IMG/VR virus record: IMGVR_UViG_3300024051_000138 | Span: 1-59,985 of that record | Length of the DNA: 59,985 nucleotides | Source of the DNA: a virus | Lineage: Duplodnaviria > Caudoviricetes | Direction: 5' to 3' (one strand) | Part shown: positions 8,980 through 17,429 of the stretch, piece by piece | Position numbering within the stretch: position 1 is the first letter of the stretch | Layout: the number at the start of each line of letters is the position of its first letter | Notes under the pieces: generated by a model | Seen by the model: only the letters and a program-made list of their open reading frames with translations | Told to the model about the DNA's origin: nothing | Database searches by the model: none | Position numbers and translations under genes: made by a program

Positions 8980-10767
8980 TCAGGCCTCCTGCAGTTGGGT
9001 GACGCGGAGGGTGTGCTGCGCGATGGCGCGACCGATGCGCGGCATGTCGGCGTCGCGGTAGAAGCGGCGGGCGCCGTCGGCGCGAACGGGCTGGAAACCC
9101 AGTTGCGCCAGGAATGCGGCGTTGACGACGTAGCCGAGCTGAGCGTTGATGGCGCCGATCAGCAGGTTGGCCGGGCCATCGCTGGCCAGGGCTGGTGCGC
9201 GCTGCGCCGCCGTGATGACCTGGCGGGCGTCGATGTTTGCGACGCCTTCGGCGCGCAGATCACGCGCCAGGTTGCTCAGGTCGTCCAGCAGCGGGCCGGG
9301 CAGTGTGCCTTCGGCCCGCGCCTCGGCGATGCCGGCCTGAGCGTCCTGTTCCAACTTGATGAACTCGGCGCGCTTGGCCTGCGCTTCGGCGGCTGCTTTG
9401 GCCTCGGCTTCGCGGCGCGCCTTCTCCTGCTCCTCAGCCCGGATGCGCTCGCGTTCAGCTTCCAGCGTGGCGCGCTGCTCGGCCTCATGCGCGGCAATGC
9501 GCGATGAGATGACGGCGCGCAGATCGTCGGATGCCTTTTGCACTAGGGCATGGGCGTCAGGGAATAGTCCTGCGAACTTCTGTTGCTCGCCCAGCAGCTT
9601 GAGGTTCGCGTCAATGCGGTCGGCTGTTTCGCTGGCGTCGATCTTGGCGCGCGCAAGTTCGGTGGAGACGGCATCGCGCAGGCTGTCCACGGTGCGCTTG
9701 CCCCGGATGACGCCGCCGAAGTCGGCCGACACCTTGGGCATGAAGGCGCCGCCGAGGCGCTGGTTCAACGCGGCGACGTGGGCGGCCAAGGCCTTCTCGC
9801 CGCTGGAGACGATCTCGGAGCGGATCTGTTCCTTTCGGAAGGTCACCAGCTTTTCGCGCTGCAGGCGGGTGGTGCGAGCCAGAGCCTTGTAGTCGGCGAC
9901 GAGGCGGCGCATCTCGCCCACGTCCACCAACTGCGCGAGGGCATGGTCTTCTGCGGCGCCCAGCTCGTCCTCGGCGCGCTTGAGTGCCTTGCACGCAGCT
10001 TCGGTGTCAGCGAACTCCTGATCGGTGCTGGGCTCTGCGGGGATGCCGTCGATGAAGGTGCGCAGCGCGACGCCGAAGGCTGGCAGATTGGAGACGATGG
10101 CGAGCTGACCGTCCACGCGTACGCTGACGGCGGGCAGGCTTTCAACCGGCGCGGCCACCACGGGCGCAGGCCTGTTGGCATCGGGCTGGTATGCGGCCAG
10201 ATCGGCGGCGAACTGCTTCCATCCGGCGATCAGCGCAGCGCGGCGCTCGGGCTTCGACTGGTACCGACAGGTGATGGACTGCTCGCGCGTACCATTGCTG
10301 CAGGCGAACAGAATGCTGGTGCCGCCAGAAACCAGGAGCTGTTGTTCCATCTGCCAGCAGTGGTGGATGGGCGGCTCGCCGTGCTGCTCGATGTGCTGCA
10401 CGACCTTCTTCGACCACAGCTTGTGCTCGAAGCCCATGGTGCGATCCATCGTCAGGCCATCGAAGCTGGCAAGCAGCGGCAGACCTTCAACGTCCAGCGT
10501 GCCGGTGATGTTGTAGAGGTCGTCGCCGATCATTTCCTCGGCAAACGGGCGGAATGCGGCCTCAGCGTCGTGCCCGGCCTGGAACAGCGCCTGCTTGGCG
10601 CCGTCCGTCTCGGCGTCCACGATGCCCGTGGCCTTCTGCTTGAGCAGATCGGAGCGCGTCTGGTAGGGCGATGCTGCCATCATGGCCGGGGCTTCGCTGG
10701 CCGTGAAGTGGCTGGCGCGCAGCGTGTGCCACACCTGGGAGCCTTGTTGTACGTCGTGTGTTTGCAT
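8980..10767 (-). CDS. YqaJ-like viral recombinase exonuclease with long coiled-coil C-terminus
   Basis: QGSQVWHTLR..TASEA..GHDAE..ASFDG..FEHK..QMEQQL; adjacent to bet. Confidence 0.9.
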   Translation of the reverse strand: MQTHDVQQGSQVWHTLRASHFTASEAPAMMAASPYQTRSDLLKQKATGIVDAETDGAKQALFQAGHDAEAAFRPFAEEMIGDDLYNITGTLDVEGLPLLASFDGLTMDRTMGFEHKLWSKKVVQHIEQHGEPPIHHCWQMEQQLLVSGGTSILFACSNGTREQSITCRYQSKPERRAALIAGWKQFAADLAAYQPDANRPAPVVAAPVESLPAVSVRVDGQLAIVSNLPAFGVALRTFIDGIPAEPSTDQEFADTEAACKALKRAEDELGAAEDHALAQLVDVGEMRRLVADYKALARTTRLQREKLVTFRKEQIRSEIVSSGEKALAAHVAALNQRLGGAFMPKVSADFGGVIRGKRTVDSLRDAVSTELARAKIDASETADRIDANLKLLGEQQKFAGLFPDAHALVQKASDDLRAVISSRIAAHEAEQRATLEAERERIRAEEQEKARREAEAKAAAEAQAKRAEFIKLEQDAQAGIAEARAEGTLPGPLLDDLSNLARDLRAEGVANIDARQVITAAQRAPALASDGPANLLIGAINAQLGYVVNAAFLAQLGFQPVRADGARRFYRDADMPRIGRAIAQHTLRVTQLQEA

Positions 10768-10780
10768 GGTGGGTCTCCCT

Positions 10781-11740
10781 TCAGGCCATTTCGCCCAGGC
10801 GGGCTTCGTAGATGGCGTTGAGCTCGGCCTGCTGCGCCGTATCGGTGACGCTGTTGATCAGGTCGGCGGCGACGTTCAATTTGTCTTCGTTCTGTGCGGC
10901 GCGCAGCTTCTGGACCACGGTGTCGAAGGTGGGAGCGTCTGCCAGTGCCGCCACATGGCGCAGCGCGCGGATGGCGGCCTCCTGCTCGGCGGTCAGCGTG
11001 CCCTTGGTGCGGGCGAAGGCAATGATTTCGTCGTGGCTGGAGCCGGTGTTGATGGCGGCCTGCCATTTCGAGAGGCGAGCTGCAAAGGCATCGGCAGGCC
11101 AGGCCATGAGTGCCGGCGGAGCAACGGGGGGCTGAACAACTTCGGCGGGCCCCATGTCCAGGGTCTTGCCCTCCATCTCGTCGGCCGTTGGCTGATTGCC
11201 AACTTCTGGAAAACCTTTGCGCAACGCCTGAGCCTCGGCGCACTTCGCCAATTGCCCACGGCCACGCTTCTTCCACATGGTGTTGGGAGCCGTGGTGTCT
11301 TTGCCAGCCGTGGCGTAGTTCTCGATCCAGTATTCGGTGGCCGTGTAGACGCACTTCAAGCCGTTCTTGAGCCGGTAGACGGTGACCTTGCACCATTCCG
11401 GAACGGTAACCTTGGTGCCGCTTAGGTCGTAGTCAACCATGGGGCCAAACAGCGGCTCATCGGTGCCAACGTGCTCACCAGTGCGGGCCGCATCCGTGCG
11501 ATACAGGCCGATACCCGGCATAGTCACGTCGCGCATTCTCTTGGCCTTGCTGTCCCACATAGGCACGATGTGGACTGGCTTGCGCATCGGATCTAAGCCT
11601 GCTGCCTTGCAGTAGCCGAGCACCATCTTGATCGACTGATGATTGGCGCCGGGGTAGAGGCTGGATTCCAGCACTTCCAGCAGTTCGGTCTCGCTCAAAG
11701 TGGGGAGTGCCGTGTTTTCGCTCTTGACGAGGGTGTTCAT
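10781..11740 (-). CDS. bet: Phage recombination protein Bet (ssDNA annealing)
   Basis: YCKAAGLDPMRKPVHIV..GIGLYR..W..QLAKCAEAQALRKGFP. Confidence 0.92.
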   Translation of the reverse strand: MNTLVKSENTALPTLSETELLEVLESSLYPGANHQSIKMVLGYCKAAGLDPMRKPVHIVPMWDSKAKRMRDVTMPGIGLYRTDAARTGEHVGTDEPLFGPMVDYDLSGTKVTVPEWCKVTVYRLKNGLKCVYTATEYWIENYATAGKDTTAPNTMWKKRGRGQLAKCAEAQALRKGFPEVGNQPTADEMEGKTLDMGPAEVVQPPVAPPALMAWPADAFAARLSKWQAAINTGSSHDEIIAFARTKGTLTAEQEAAIRALRHVAALADAPTFDTVVQKLRAAQNEDKLNVAADLINSVTDTAQQAELNAIYEARLGEMA

Positions 11741-12150
11741 GCGCGCTCCTTGCGGTATTGCTCTTCGGTGATCTGCTCGCAGCGGGCCTTGCCGCCGTCC
11801 TTGGCCGCTTCGGCAGCACGAGCAGCGAAGAAGCGCTCAGCGCTCCAGACGCGGTGAACAGCCACATAGGAATGGCCTTCCTTGTTGGTGTGGCGCGCAT
11901 ACACGTCGCGCGCGGTGAAGTTCTCTGGCATGCGTTGCTCCAGATGAGGGTGGTGGTTAGTGCGAAGGGTCTTGATGCGGCGCTGCTTTTGCAGTCCGCT
12001 ACTGGTGCCGACATGCCAGCCGCCGCATGTGGCGCAGCGGTAGGCTTGAACGGACTTGTCTCGGTCGCGCAGGCGGCGCGCTGCCTGCAATGCGTGCTTG
12101 CGCTCCAGCGTGGGCTTGAGGCATTCGCCCTGGGCCTGCGGGCGAGTCAT
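11737..12150 (-). CDS. Hypothetical protein, probably two fused small genes (internal RBS and ATG at 11931)
   Basis: N-terminal half AYRCATCGGWHV; GGAG precedes the in-frame MPENF start. Confidence 0.6.
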   Translation of the reverse strand: MTRPQAQGECLKPTLERKHALQAARRLRDRDKSVQAYRCATCGGWHVGTSSGLQKQRRIKTLRTNHHPHLEQRMPENFTARDVYARHTNKEGHSYVAVHRVWSAERFFAARAAEAAKDGGKARCEQITEEQYRKERA

Positions 12151-12494
12151 GGTCGATCGGCATTGCGCAAGCAGCGCAGCGTCTTGTCGTCCAGCCATTC
12201 GGGCGTGGCACGCGGGCCGCAGACCTGCTGGCCAACCCATTCCCTGCTGGCTTTGGCTTCGGCATCTTCACGGGCAGCCTGGACAGCAACCGGCTCGTAG
12301 GGGTCGGTGTCGCAGCCAGACAGCGCCAGCGCGATCAGCAGCCCCAGCAGGAACAGCCAGCCCCACAGAACGAGGAAGGTCAGCACGCGCACATGCAGTG
12401 GTTGGCGGCACTGGTAGATGGCGTGGCCGTCATGGCGTGCAGTGCGGGGGAATTGCTTGAAGCAGTTGTCCAGAAAGGCGGGTTCGCGCTTCAT
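12147..12494 (-). CDS. Membrane or lipoprotein-like hypothetical protein
   Basis: Hydrophobic stretch ending LALSGC; coupled to neighbours. Confidence 0.65.
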   Translation of the reverse strand: MKREPAFLDNCFKQFPRTARHDGHAIYQCRQPLHVRVLTFLVLWGWLFLLGLLIALALSGCDTDPYEPVAVQAAREDAEAKASREWVGQQVCGPRATPEWLDDKTLRCLRNADRP

Positions 12495-12673
12495 TCGGGC
12501 TCTCCCTGTTCGATGGAATCGGGGTCGAGATCGGCGCCAATGGCTGCCGCTTCGGCACTGCGCCGCGCGCGGGCTTCGTCGTGTGCGACTTGATCGGCCT
12601 TGGCCTGTGCTTGCGCCGCAGTGCTGGCTGCGAGCGCCGCGGGCGCGTCGGCGAGGTAGCGGGGCGTGTTCAC
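12491..12673 (-). CDS. Hypothetical protein
   Basis: 60-aa coupled ORF. Confidence 0.55.
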   Translation of the reverse strand: MNTPRYLADAPAALAASTAAQAQAKADQVAHDEARARRSAEAAAIGADLDPDSIEQGEPE

Positions 12674-12906
12674 GACACGAGCCCCAGGCCGCGAGCAGCC
12701 ATGCCAGTGACCAGAGCGTGGCCCGGCCGCACAGGCAGGCCGCCTGCACGCGCTACCGTGGCGCTGGGGCTCGACGCGCCGAACTCACGCACGATGGTGC
12801 GGGTGCGCAGGTTGACGATGTAGAGGTCATCGTCGTTGAGGGACTGGGACCCAGGCAGCGCGGGCGCGGCGCAGCACTCGGACATGACGGGACGCATGGT
12901 GTCCAT
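12670..12906 (-). CDS. Hypothetical protein
   Basis: Coupled ORF directly after the pentapeptide gene. Confidence 0.55.
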   Translation of the reverse strand: MDTMRPVMSECCAAPALPGSQSLNDDDLYIVNLRTRTIVREFGASSPSATVARAGGLPVRPGHALVTGMAARGLGLVS

Positions 12907-12907
12907 G

Positions 12908-13846
12908 TCAGGCCTCTGCCGTCTCAGCCTGTGCACCAGTCTTGGTGGCGTCTTCCTTGGGCGTCCACAGATTTGCGTGGCAGCGGATCAGCTCCAGCGC
13001 GGCCATGTATTCCTGCGCGTGCTCATTCGTACCGTGCTCCTTGCCCAGCTTCGAGGTGAACTCGATTTCGGTGCCGAAGAAGCAGCCTGTGCGCAGGTAG
13101 ACACCCTTGTCGGTCAGGTAGGCTGTGAAGAAGTCGGAGCGAGAGCCGATGGGACCGACCACGAAGATGGGACGCCCCCCAATCAGCTTCTTGTCGCCGC
13201 CCAGGTACGCGCCGCCCAGGTTCGCGCCGCGCAGGTTCGCGCCGCGCAGGTTCGCGCCGCCCAGGTACGCGTCGCGCAGGTTCGCGCCGCGCAGGTTCGC
13301 GCCGCCCAGGTACGCGTCGCGCAGGTTCGCGCCGCGCAGGTTCGCGCCGCCCAGGTACGCGCCGCCCAGGTTCGCGTCGCCCAGGTACGCGCCGCGCAGG
13401 TTCGCGTCGCCCAGGTTCGCGTCGCGCAGGTTCGCGCCGCGCAGGTTCGCGCCGTCCAGGTACGCGTCGCCCAGGTACGCGCCGCGCAGGTTCGCGCCGT
13501 CCAGGTACGCGCCGCCCAGGTACGCGCCGCGCAGGTTCGCGCCGCCCAGGTACGCGTCGCGCAGGTTCGCGCCGCGCAGGTTCGCGCCGCCCAGGTACGC
13601 GCCGCCCAGGTTCGCGCCGCGCAGGTTCGCGCCGCGCAGGTTCGCGCCGCCCAGGTACGCGTCGCCCAGGTTCGCGCCGCCCAGGTTCGCGCCGTCCTTC
13701 ACGCTGGACTCCAGCGCCGCGCGCATGGCCAAGCCGCTGGCCTGCTGCTCCTCGGTGGGTTGGTACTCGAAAAGAACCGCGTCCGTGTAGCGGTGCTTGA
13801 TCACGATCTTGGCCGGTGTGGCCTTGGGGGACTCTTGCATCTGCAT
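12908..13846 (-). CDS. Pentapeptide-repeat protein, first gene of the leftward operon
   Basis: 33 copies of [G/D]A[N/Y]L[G/R/D], then a C-terminal domain GPIGSR..GCFFG; AGGAG RBS. Confidence 0.93.
   Translation of the reverse strand: MQMQESPKATPAKIVIKHRYTDAVLFEYQPTEEQQASGLAMRAALESSVKDGANLGGANLGDAYLGGANLRGANLRGANLGGAYLGGANLRGANLRDAYLGGANLRGAYLGGAYLDGANLRGAYLGDAYLDGANLRGANLRDANLGDANLRGAYLGDANLGGAYLGGANLRGANLRDAYLGGANLRGANLRDAYLGGANLRGANLRGANLGGAYLGGDKKLIGGRPIFVVGPIGSRSDFFTAYLTDKGVYLRTGCFFGTEIEFTSKLGKEHGTNEHAQEYMAALELIRCHANLWTPKEDATKTGAQAETAEA
13199..13693 (-). repeat. 33 x 15-bp coding tandem repeat
   Basis: Unit G(G/A)C GCG (A/T)AC CTG (GGC/CGC/GAC), with no synonymous variation. Confidence 0.97.
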
Positions 13847-13881
13847 CTCCTGTGGGGCGCCGGGGTGGCGCGCTCAGAAGA

Positions 13882-13923
13882 ATTATTAGTCCAACTGTTT
13901 TATAAGTCAACAGTCGGACTAAT
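13882..13923 (-). promoter_or_regulatory. PL-like promoter with two repressor operators
   Basis: TTGACT-17bp-AATAAT on the minus strand; operators ATTAGTCCAACTGTT (13885-13899) and AACAGTCGGACTAAT (13909-13923). Confidence 0.88.
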
Positions 13924-13967
13924 TAAAATTCGCTACACTCCCACCATGCCCACCACCCGGCGGGCGC

Positions 13968-13992
13968 AAAAAAGCCGCCTCGGTGGGCGGCT
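13968..13992 (-). terminator. Intrinsic terminator ending the cI-accessory operon before PL
   Basis: AGCCGCC stem followed by a T tract on the minus strand. Confidence 0.8.
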
Positions 13993-14004
13993 GGAAGGGC
14001 AAGC

Positions 14005-14316
14005 ATGCTTGAGATACTGCCAGTGCAGACCACGGGTCAAGCCGTGACGATTGACGGCTATCTGGTGCCCCGTGTGGAGGTGAAAGAGGATGGCGCCACA
14101 GGCCAGTGGAATGTGGTCTATGACGGCCGGTTTTCGATCATGGCGAGCCTGGAGGAACTGCAACGCTGGCTGTGGCTCCTCGCCCAGGCGCAGGCCGTGG
14201 GCGAGGGCTACTCATGCCACGGAAAGAACTCTGTCTATCGGCCGAACCCGCACGGCGTGCGCGTGATGTGCATCGGCTCAGTCGAAGCAGCGCCTACGGA
14301 CACTCAGGAAGGCTGA
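14005..14316 (+). CDS. Hypothetical protein, opposite strand to its neighbours
   Basis: 103 aa with globular composition, GGAAGG upstream, TACACT at 13934-13939. Confidence 0.65.
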   Translation: MLEILPVQTTGQAVTIDGYLVPRVEVKEDGATGQWNVVYDGRFSIMASLEELQRWLWLLAQAQAVGEGYSCHGKNSVYRPNPHGVRVMCIGSVEAAPTDTQEG

Positions 14317-14581
14317 GCAGGTTGTTCGGTTGTTCGCCGTCGTTGCGTGTCTTGAGGTACTTGTTGCCATGCGCACTTACAGCAACATCAACCCAGACCG
14401 AAGTTCCATTGACGTGGACATAGAACTTCCACTTTCCCTGCTCGTCACCGGCAATGGCGTCTTCGATTGGAAGACCCCAGCGGGTGCCATCGGGATTTAT
14501 CCCGCCTACTCTTCGGATGCGTTCATGAGCGCTCTGCCTGTCGGTTTTGTTGATGCACATAATCTGCACGTTCTGCGCCAT
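14294..14581 (-). CDS. DUF3892-like protein
   Basis: CINKTDR..HERI..VGG..W..AI..FYV..YLKTRNDG..NNLLSLPECP. Confidence 0.85.
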   Translation of the reverse strand: MAQNVQIMCINKTDRQSAHERIRRVGGINPDGTRWGLPIEDAIAGDEQGKWKFYVHVNGTSVWVDVAVSAHGNKYLKTRNDGEQPNNLLSLPECP

Positions 14582-14637
14582 GACTTTCCTTTCAGAGATC
14601 CCACGATCCGCGTGGGGCGGTAATAACTCTGGGCTGC

Positions 14638-14841
14638 CTATTCCACTCTGCTTAGTTCATCCAGTGTTGCCTGCAGCGTCTTGATCAGGCCCACGACATC
14701 CTCTGGTGGCATCTCCACCCAGACTGTCGAGATCGGCATATCTCCGGCCGCCTTTGCCCTGTGTCTCAGGCCTATGAGCGGCTTGCCGTCCACCAGGCGG
14801 GTGCGAACGTCGGTGTATTGGAGACGGGGTGCTGCTGTCAT
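14638..14841 (-). CDS. Hypothetical protein
   Basis: MTAAPRLQYTDVRTRLV..; AAGGAG RBS; ATGA overlap with the nuclease stop codon. Confidence 0.7.
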   Translation of the reverse strand: MTAAPRLQYTDVRTRLVDGKPLIGLRHRAKAAGDMPISTVWVEMPPEDVVGLIKTLQATLDELSRVE

Positions 14842-15184
14842 GGGTGCTGCTCCTTTTTGGATTTTCGCCACTCCCAAGGTGGCATAGCCTGCTGGCTCCA
14901 CAGCCCGCGCCCAGCGTTCTTCGCTTCAGCCTGCAGCGGGTACAGCGCCTCATAGCCCTTAGCGTAGCGGTCATATACCCAGGCCATCCCCGCGCGCACC
15001 TGGGCTTGGCCAGCATCCTTTGCTGGCGGCTGCGCTGGCCGAAGGGCTGCTTTTTCTCGGGCGCGTCGATAGCGCTGAGCCTGATCTTCACCTGTTCGTA
15101 GGCCCCAGGCTCGCCGCAGCGCGCGGTGAGGGTGTCGCCGTCTGCAATGGCGACCACGAGACAGAGGAGGGATGCAGAGATCAT
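14838..15184 (-). pseudogene. Thermonuclease (SNase-like) with internal deletion and frameshift
   Basis: One frame reads DGDTL..IRLSAIDAPEKKQPFGQRSRQ. After about 15022 another frame reads KDAGQAQVRAGMAWVYDRY..RGLW..PPWEWRK. The central DRYGR segment is absent. Confidence 0.85.
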
Positions 15185-15765
15185 TGGGCTCGGACTACGC
15201 TCCCATTGGGACTAAACCCAAGAGCGAACCCATCGCATTCCACAATAAATCTCATTGAAGTACCTGATGCGGCACGAACTGAGGAAAGGTTGAAAACATG
15301 CTTGCTGCGCGGAGAGCGTTCCCTCTTGGTTATCTTGTCAAGCAGGCTTGGTGGGTTGAATACTTGAACCGAGATCACTCTGTCATGCGATGATCCAAGA
15401 TGATCATCCATCGTCCAAGCAAACTCGCCAAAATGATTGCCCCTGTATGCTTCCAACAGGTCCGGCAAATACTTCTGTGCATCAGACGCTGCAAAATTGA
15501 AGGCCAGTAAATCGCTAAATTCACTTATTCGGTTTTGAATTATTGATACGATTTCCTTATCAAGATTGAGAAAACCAGGAGCTTCTGCTTTTGACCAGTA
15601 TCCAATTTGAGAAAATGTGAGCATATAGACTGCAAGGTCTACATTTTCGAGGTGCGGCAAGATTTTTCTTGCAAGTGTTCTGAAATTCTCTTGGGTGACG
15701 GCCAAAATGCGACTCCCCGCTCGAATCGCGATCATCTCGTATATGCGGTGAACCTGGCGTTCCAT
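15181..15765 (-). CDS. Low-GC hypothetical protein co-transcribed with cI (rex-like position)
   Basis: 194 aa, AT-rich codons, starts 3 bp after the cI stop. Confidence 0.75.
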   Translation of the reverse strand: MERQVHRIYEMIAIRAGSRILAVTQENFRTLARKILPHLENVDLAVYMLTFSQIGYWSKAEAPGFLNLDKEIVSIIQNRISEFSDLLAFNFAASDAQKYLPDLLEAYRGNHFGEFAWTMDDHLGSSHDRVISVQVFNPPSLLDKITKRERSPRSKHVFNLSSVRAASGTSMRFIVECDGFALGFSPNGSVVRAQ

Positions 15766-15768
15766 TAC

Positions 15769-16548
15769 CTATCCTCGTCTCAGAGTCCACCATGCGAGAA
15801 CTCGTCCTGAGACGTGAATGGTGTCTGCTACCTTTTCGAGATCATGGCGCTCTTCATCTGGATATTCATCCACGTTGTCACTGCGTAAGATCAGAGTGCC
15901 GGTGGATTGAATCAGCGCTTTTTTGAGAAGAAGGCGGCCAGCAACGTCGATCACATAAATACCCGGCTCTCGGATATCCTTTTGCCATACATCAACAAAA
16001 ACCAAATCCTGATCTTGGATGGTCGGCATCATGCTGCGCCCTTTGGCGGTCAGCACCTGAATGCGCTCAGGGTTTGTGCTTCCCACCTTTTGACGCACCC
16101 ACTGCTCCAGCACGTCGAGGTGACGGACGACATGGATCACATCAACCAGACCTCCGTCACCCATTGCTGGCCGGGGCGATAGGTGCTCTAAGCGGACGTA
16201 GCCTGGCGGCACGTCAGCGCCAGTAGCGTCTGCGATTGTCGCCGTAGGTGTGGTCACCTTGTCGTGACTGCTACTGAGTCGAGCAATGTGGCTGGCAATG
16301 GTGGGGCTGAAGTCGGCCACTTGAACCGCCATCAGGCTTGCAAATTTGCTGGCCGCCTCGGCATTGAGGGGAATTTTCCCATTGAGGTACTGGTTGAGAG
16401 CGCTTTGGCCGAAGCCGAGTTGCTCTGCCGCCCACTCCTGAGATGACTCCCCGCCTGCCTGGCGGCGACTTGCTTGCCAAAGCCTGAAGCGTTGCTTCAG
16501 TTCCTGAGCTTCTTTGAGCTGGGCATCTGTAAGTGGTTGTGCTGGCAT
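15769..16548 (-). CDS. cI: CI-like repressor (HTH plus S24 peptidase)
   Basis: SQEWAAEQLGFGQSALNQYLNG HTH; GRSMMP catalytic Ser; LLLKK catalytic Lys; SDN; divergent from cro. Confidence 0.94.
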   Translation of the reverse strand: MPAQPLTDAQLKEAQELKQRFRLWQASRRQAGGESSQEWAAEQLGFGQSALNQYLNGKIPLNAEAASKFASLMAVQVADFSPTIASHIARLSSSHDKVTTPTATIADATGADVPPGYVRLEHLSPRPAMGDGGLVDVIHVVRHLDVLEQWVRQKVGSTNPERIQVLTAKGRSMMPTIQDQDLVFVDVWQKDIREPGIYVIDVAGRLLLKKALIQSTGTLILRSDNVDEYPDEERHDLEKVADTIHVSGRVLAWWTLRRG

Positions 16549-16554
16549 CTGTAC

Positions 16555-16624
16555 AGCGTATTAGCGCCGCTCATAAGTCACAAACAGTCTGACTGTTGAC
16601 TTAAAAATCAGTCAGACTAATAAT
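16555..16624. promoter_or_regulatory. OR region: PR (TTGACT-17-AATAAT, + strand), PRM-like (TTGTGA-17-TACGCT, - strand) and two operators
   Basis: Perfect palindrome AACAGTC-T-GACTGTT (16583-16597) and ATCAGTCAGACTAAT (16607-16621); the block closely matches the reverse complement of 13882-13923. Confidence 0.88.
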
Positions 16625-16629
16625 GAAGT

Positions 16630-16890
16630 ATGCACAACCTCAAACTCATCAGGTCACGCCTTGGAGTCACGCAGCAGGTGATGGCTGGGGCTCTCGGTTG
16701 CGCCCAGAGCAACATCGGTCACTACGAGCGAGGCCAGACCCTGCCGCCCGACATGGCGCGCAAGCTCATCGACTTCGCTGCTGCGCGCGGCTTGGTGATC
16801 GGTTTCGATCACGTCTACGGCGACGCACCGCTTACCGAGCCCGAGGCCACTCCTGCAGAGCCCGCCAGGGCGGAGGTGGCCCATGGCTGA
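16630..16890 (+). CDS. cro: Cro-like HTH regulator
   Basis: LKLIRSRLGVTQQVMAGALGCAQSNIGHYERG. Confidence 0.92.
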   Translation: MHNLKLIRSRLGVTQQVMAGALGCAQSNIGHYERGQTLPPDMARKLIDFAAARGLVIGFDHVYGDAPLTEPEATPAEPARAEVAHG

Positions 16891-17203
16891 GCGCGTCGAA
16901 CACGTCCATGAGATCGCTCGCATGACCGCCGATGCGGTTGCGCGCGCGTCGTCTACCAGCCTGCTCAGCCCGGAGGCGGCGGCAAAGGCTGTAGTCGATG
17001 CGTACTTGGCCGCGCTGGCGCAACTCAAGAGTGGCCGACCTGACGCGCCGGGTGATGGTGCCGCCTGTTCGGAGTTGGACGCCAAGCTGACCGCACTGGG
17101 CGAGAACGTCACGGCGCTGTTGGCAAGGTCACGCGAGATTTCAGCTCTGTCGGCAGCATGGATAGAAGCAGTGCATCGCGCTGGCGCAGGAGATCGTCCG
17201 TGA
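16883..17203 (+). CDS. Hypothetical protein
   Basis: GGAGGT RBS; overlaps the cro stop. Confidence 0.55.
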   Translation: MAERVEHVHEIARMTADAVARASSTSLLSPEAAAKAVVDAYLAALAQLKSGRPDAPGDGAACSELDAKLTALGENVTALLARSREISALSAAWIEAVHRAGAGDRP

Positions 17204-17429
17204 TTGGGAAGCCCAGCGCCACGGCGTGCATGGCCTCTGCCGCGCGTGAGATTTTGTCGCCCAGCAGGGCTGCTGCCTCCGGGGATTTGGCGGCTGTGTG
17301 CAGGAGTCCGGTCACGCAAACCGACAGAGCCTGCACGCCCTGCTGGACTCCCGTTGATATCGCCACCTCTTCGGCCAGCATGTCCCTCAGCTCGCTGACG
17401 ATTGCGGCCAACTTTTCAAGTTCGTTCAT
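17109..17429 (-). CDS. Hypothetical protein, antisense to the PR operon
   Basis: MNELEKLAAIVSELRDML..; GGAGG RBS; helical composition. Confidence 0.6.
   Translation of the reverse strand: MNELEKLAAIVSELRDMLAEEVAISTGVQQGVQALSVCVTGLLHTAAKSPEAAALLGDKISRAAEAMHAVALGFPITDDLLRQRDALLLSMLPTELKSRVTLPTAP

Noticed and set aside
13199-13693. 15-bp array as a CRISPR array, or the alternative-frame ORFs 12836-14047, 13023-13910 and 13125-13790 as genes
   Set aside because: There are no unique spacers or cas genes. The other frames stay open only because the repeat unit lacks stop codons.
14657-15184. 175-aa ORF as an intact nuclease
   Set aside because: Only the first 55 or so residues are SNase-like. 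The remainder is out-of-frame read-through.
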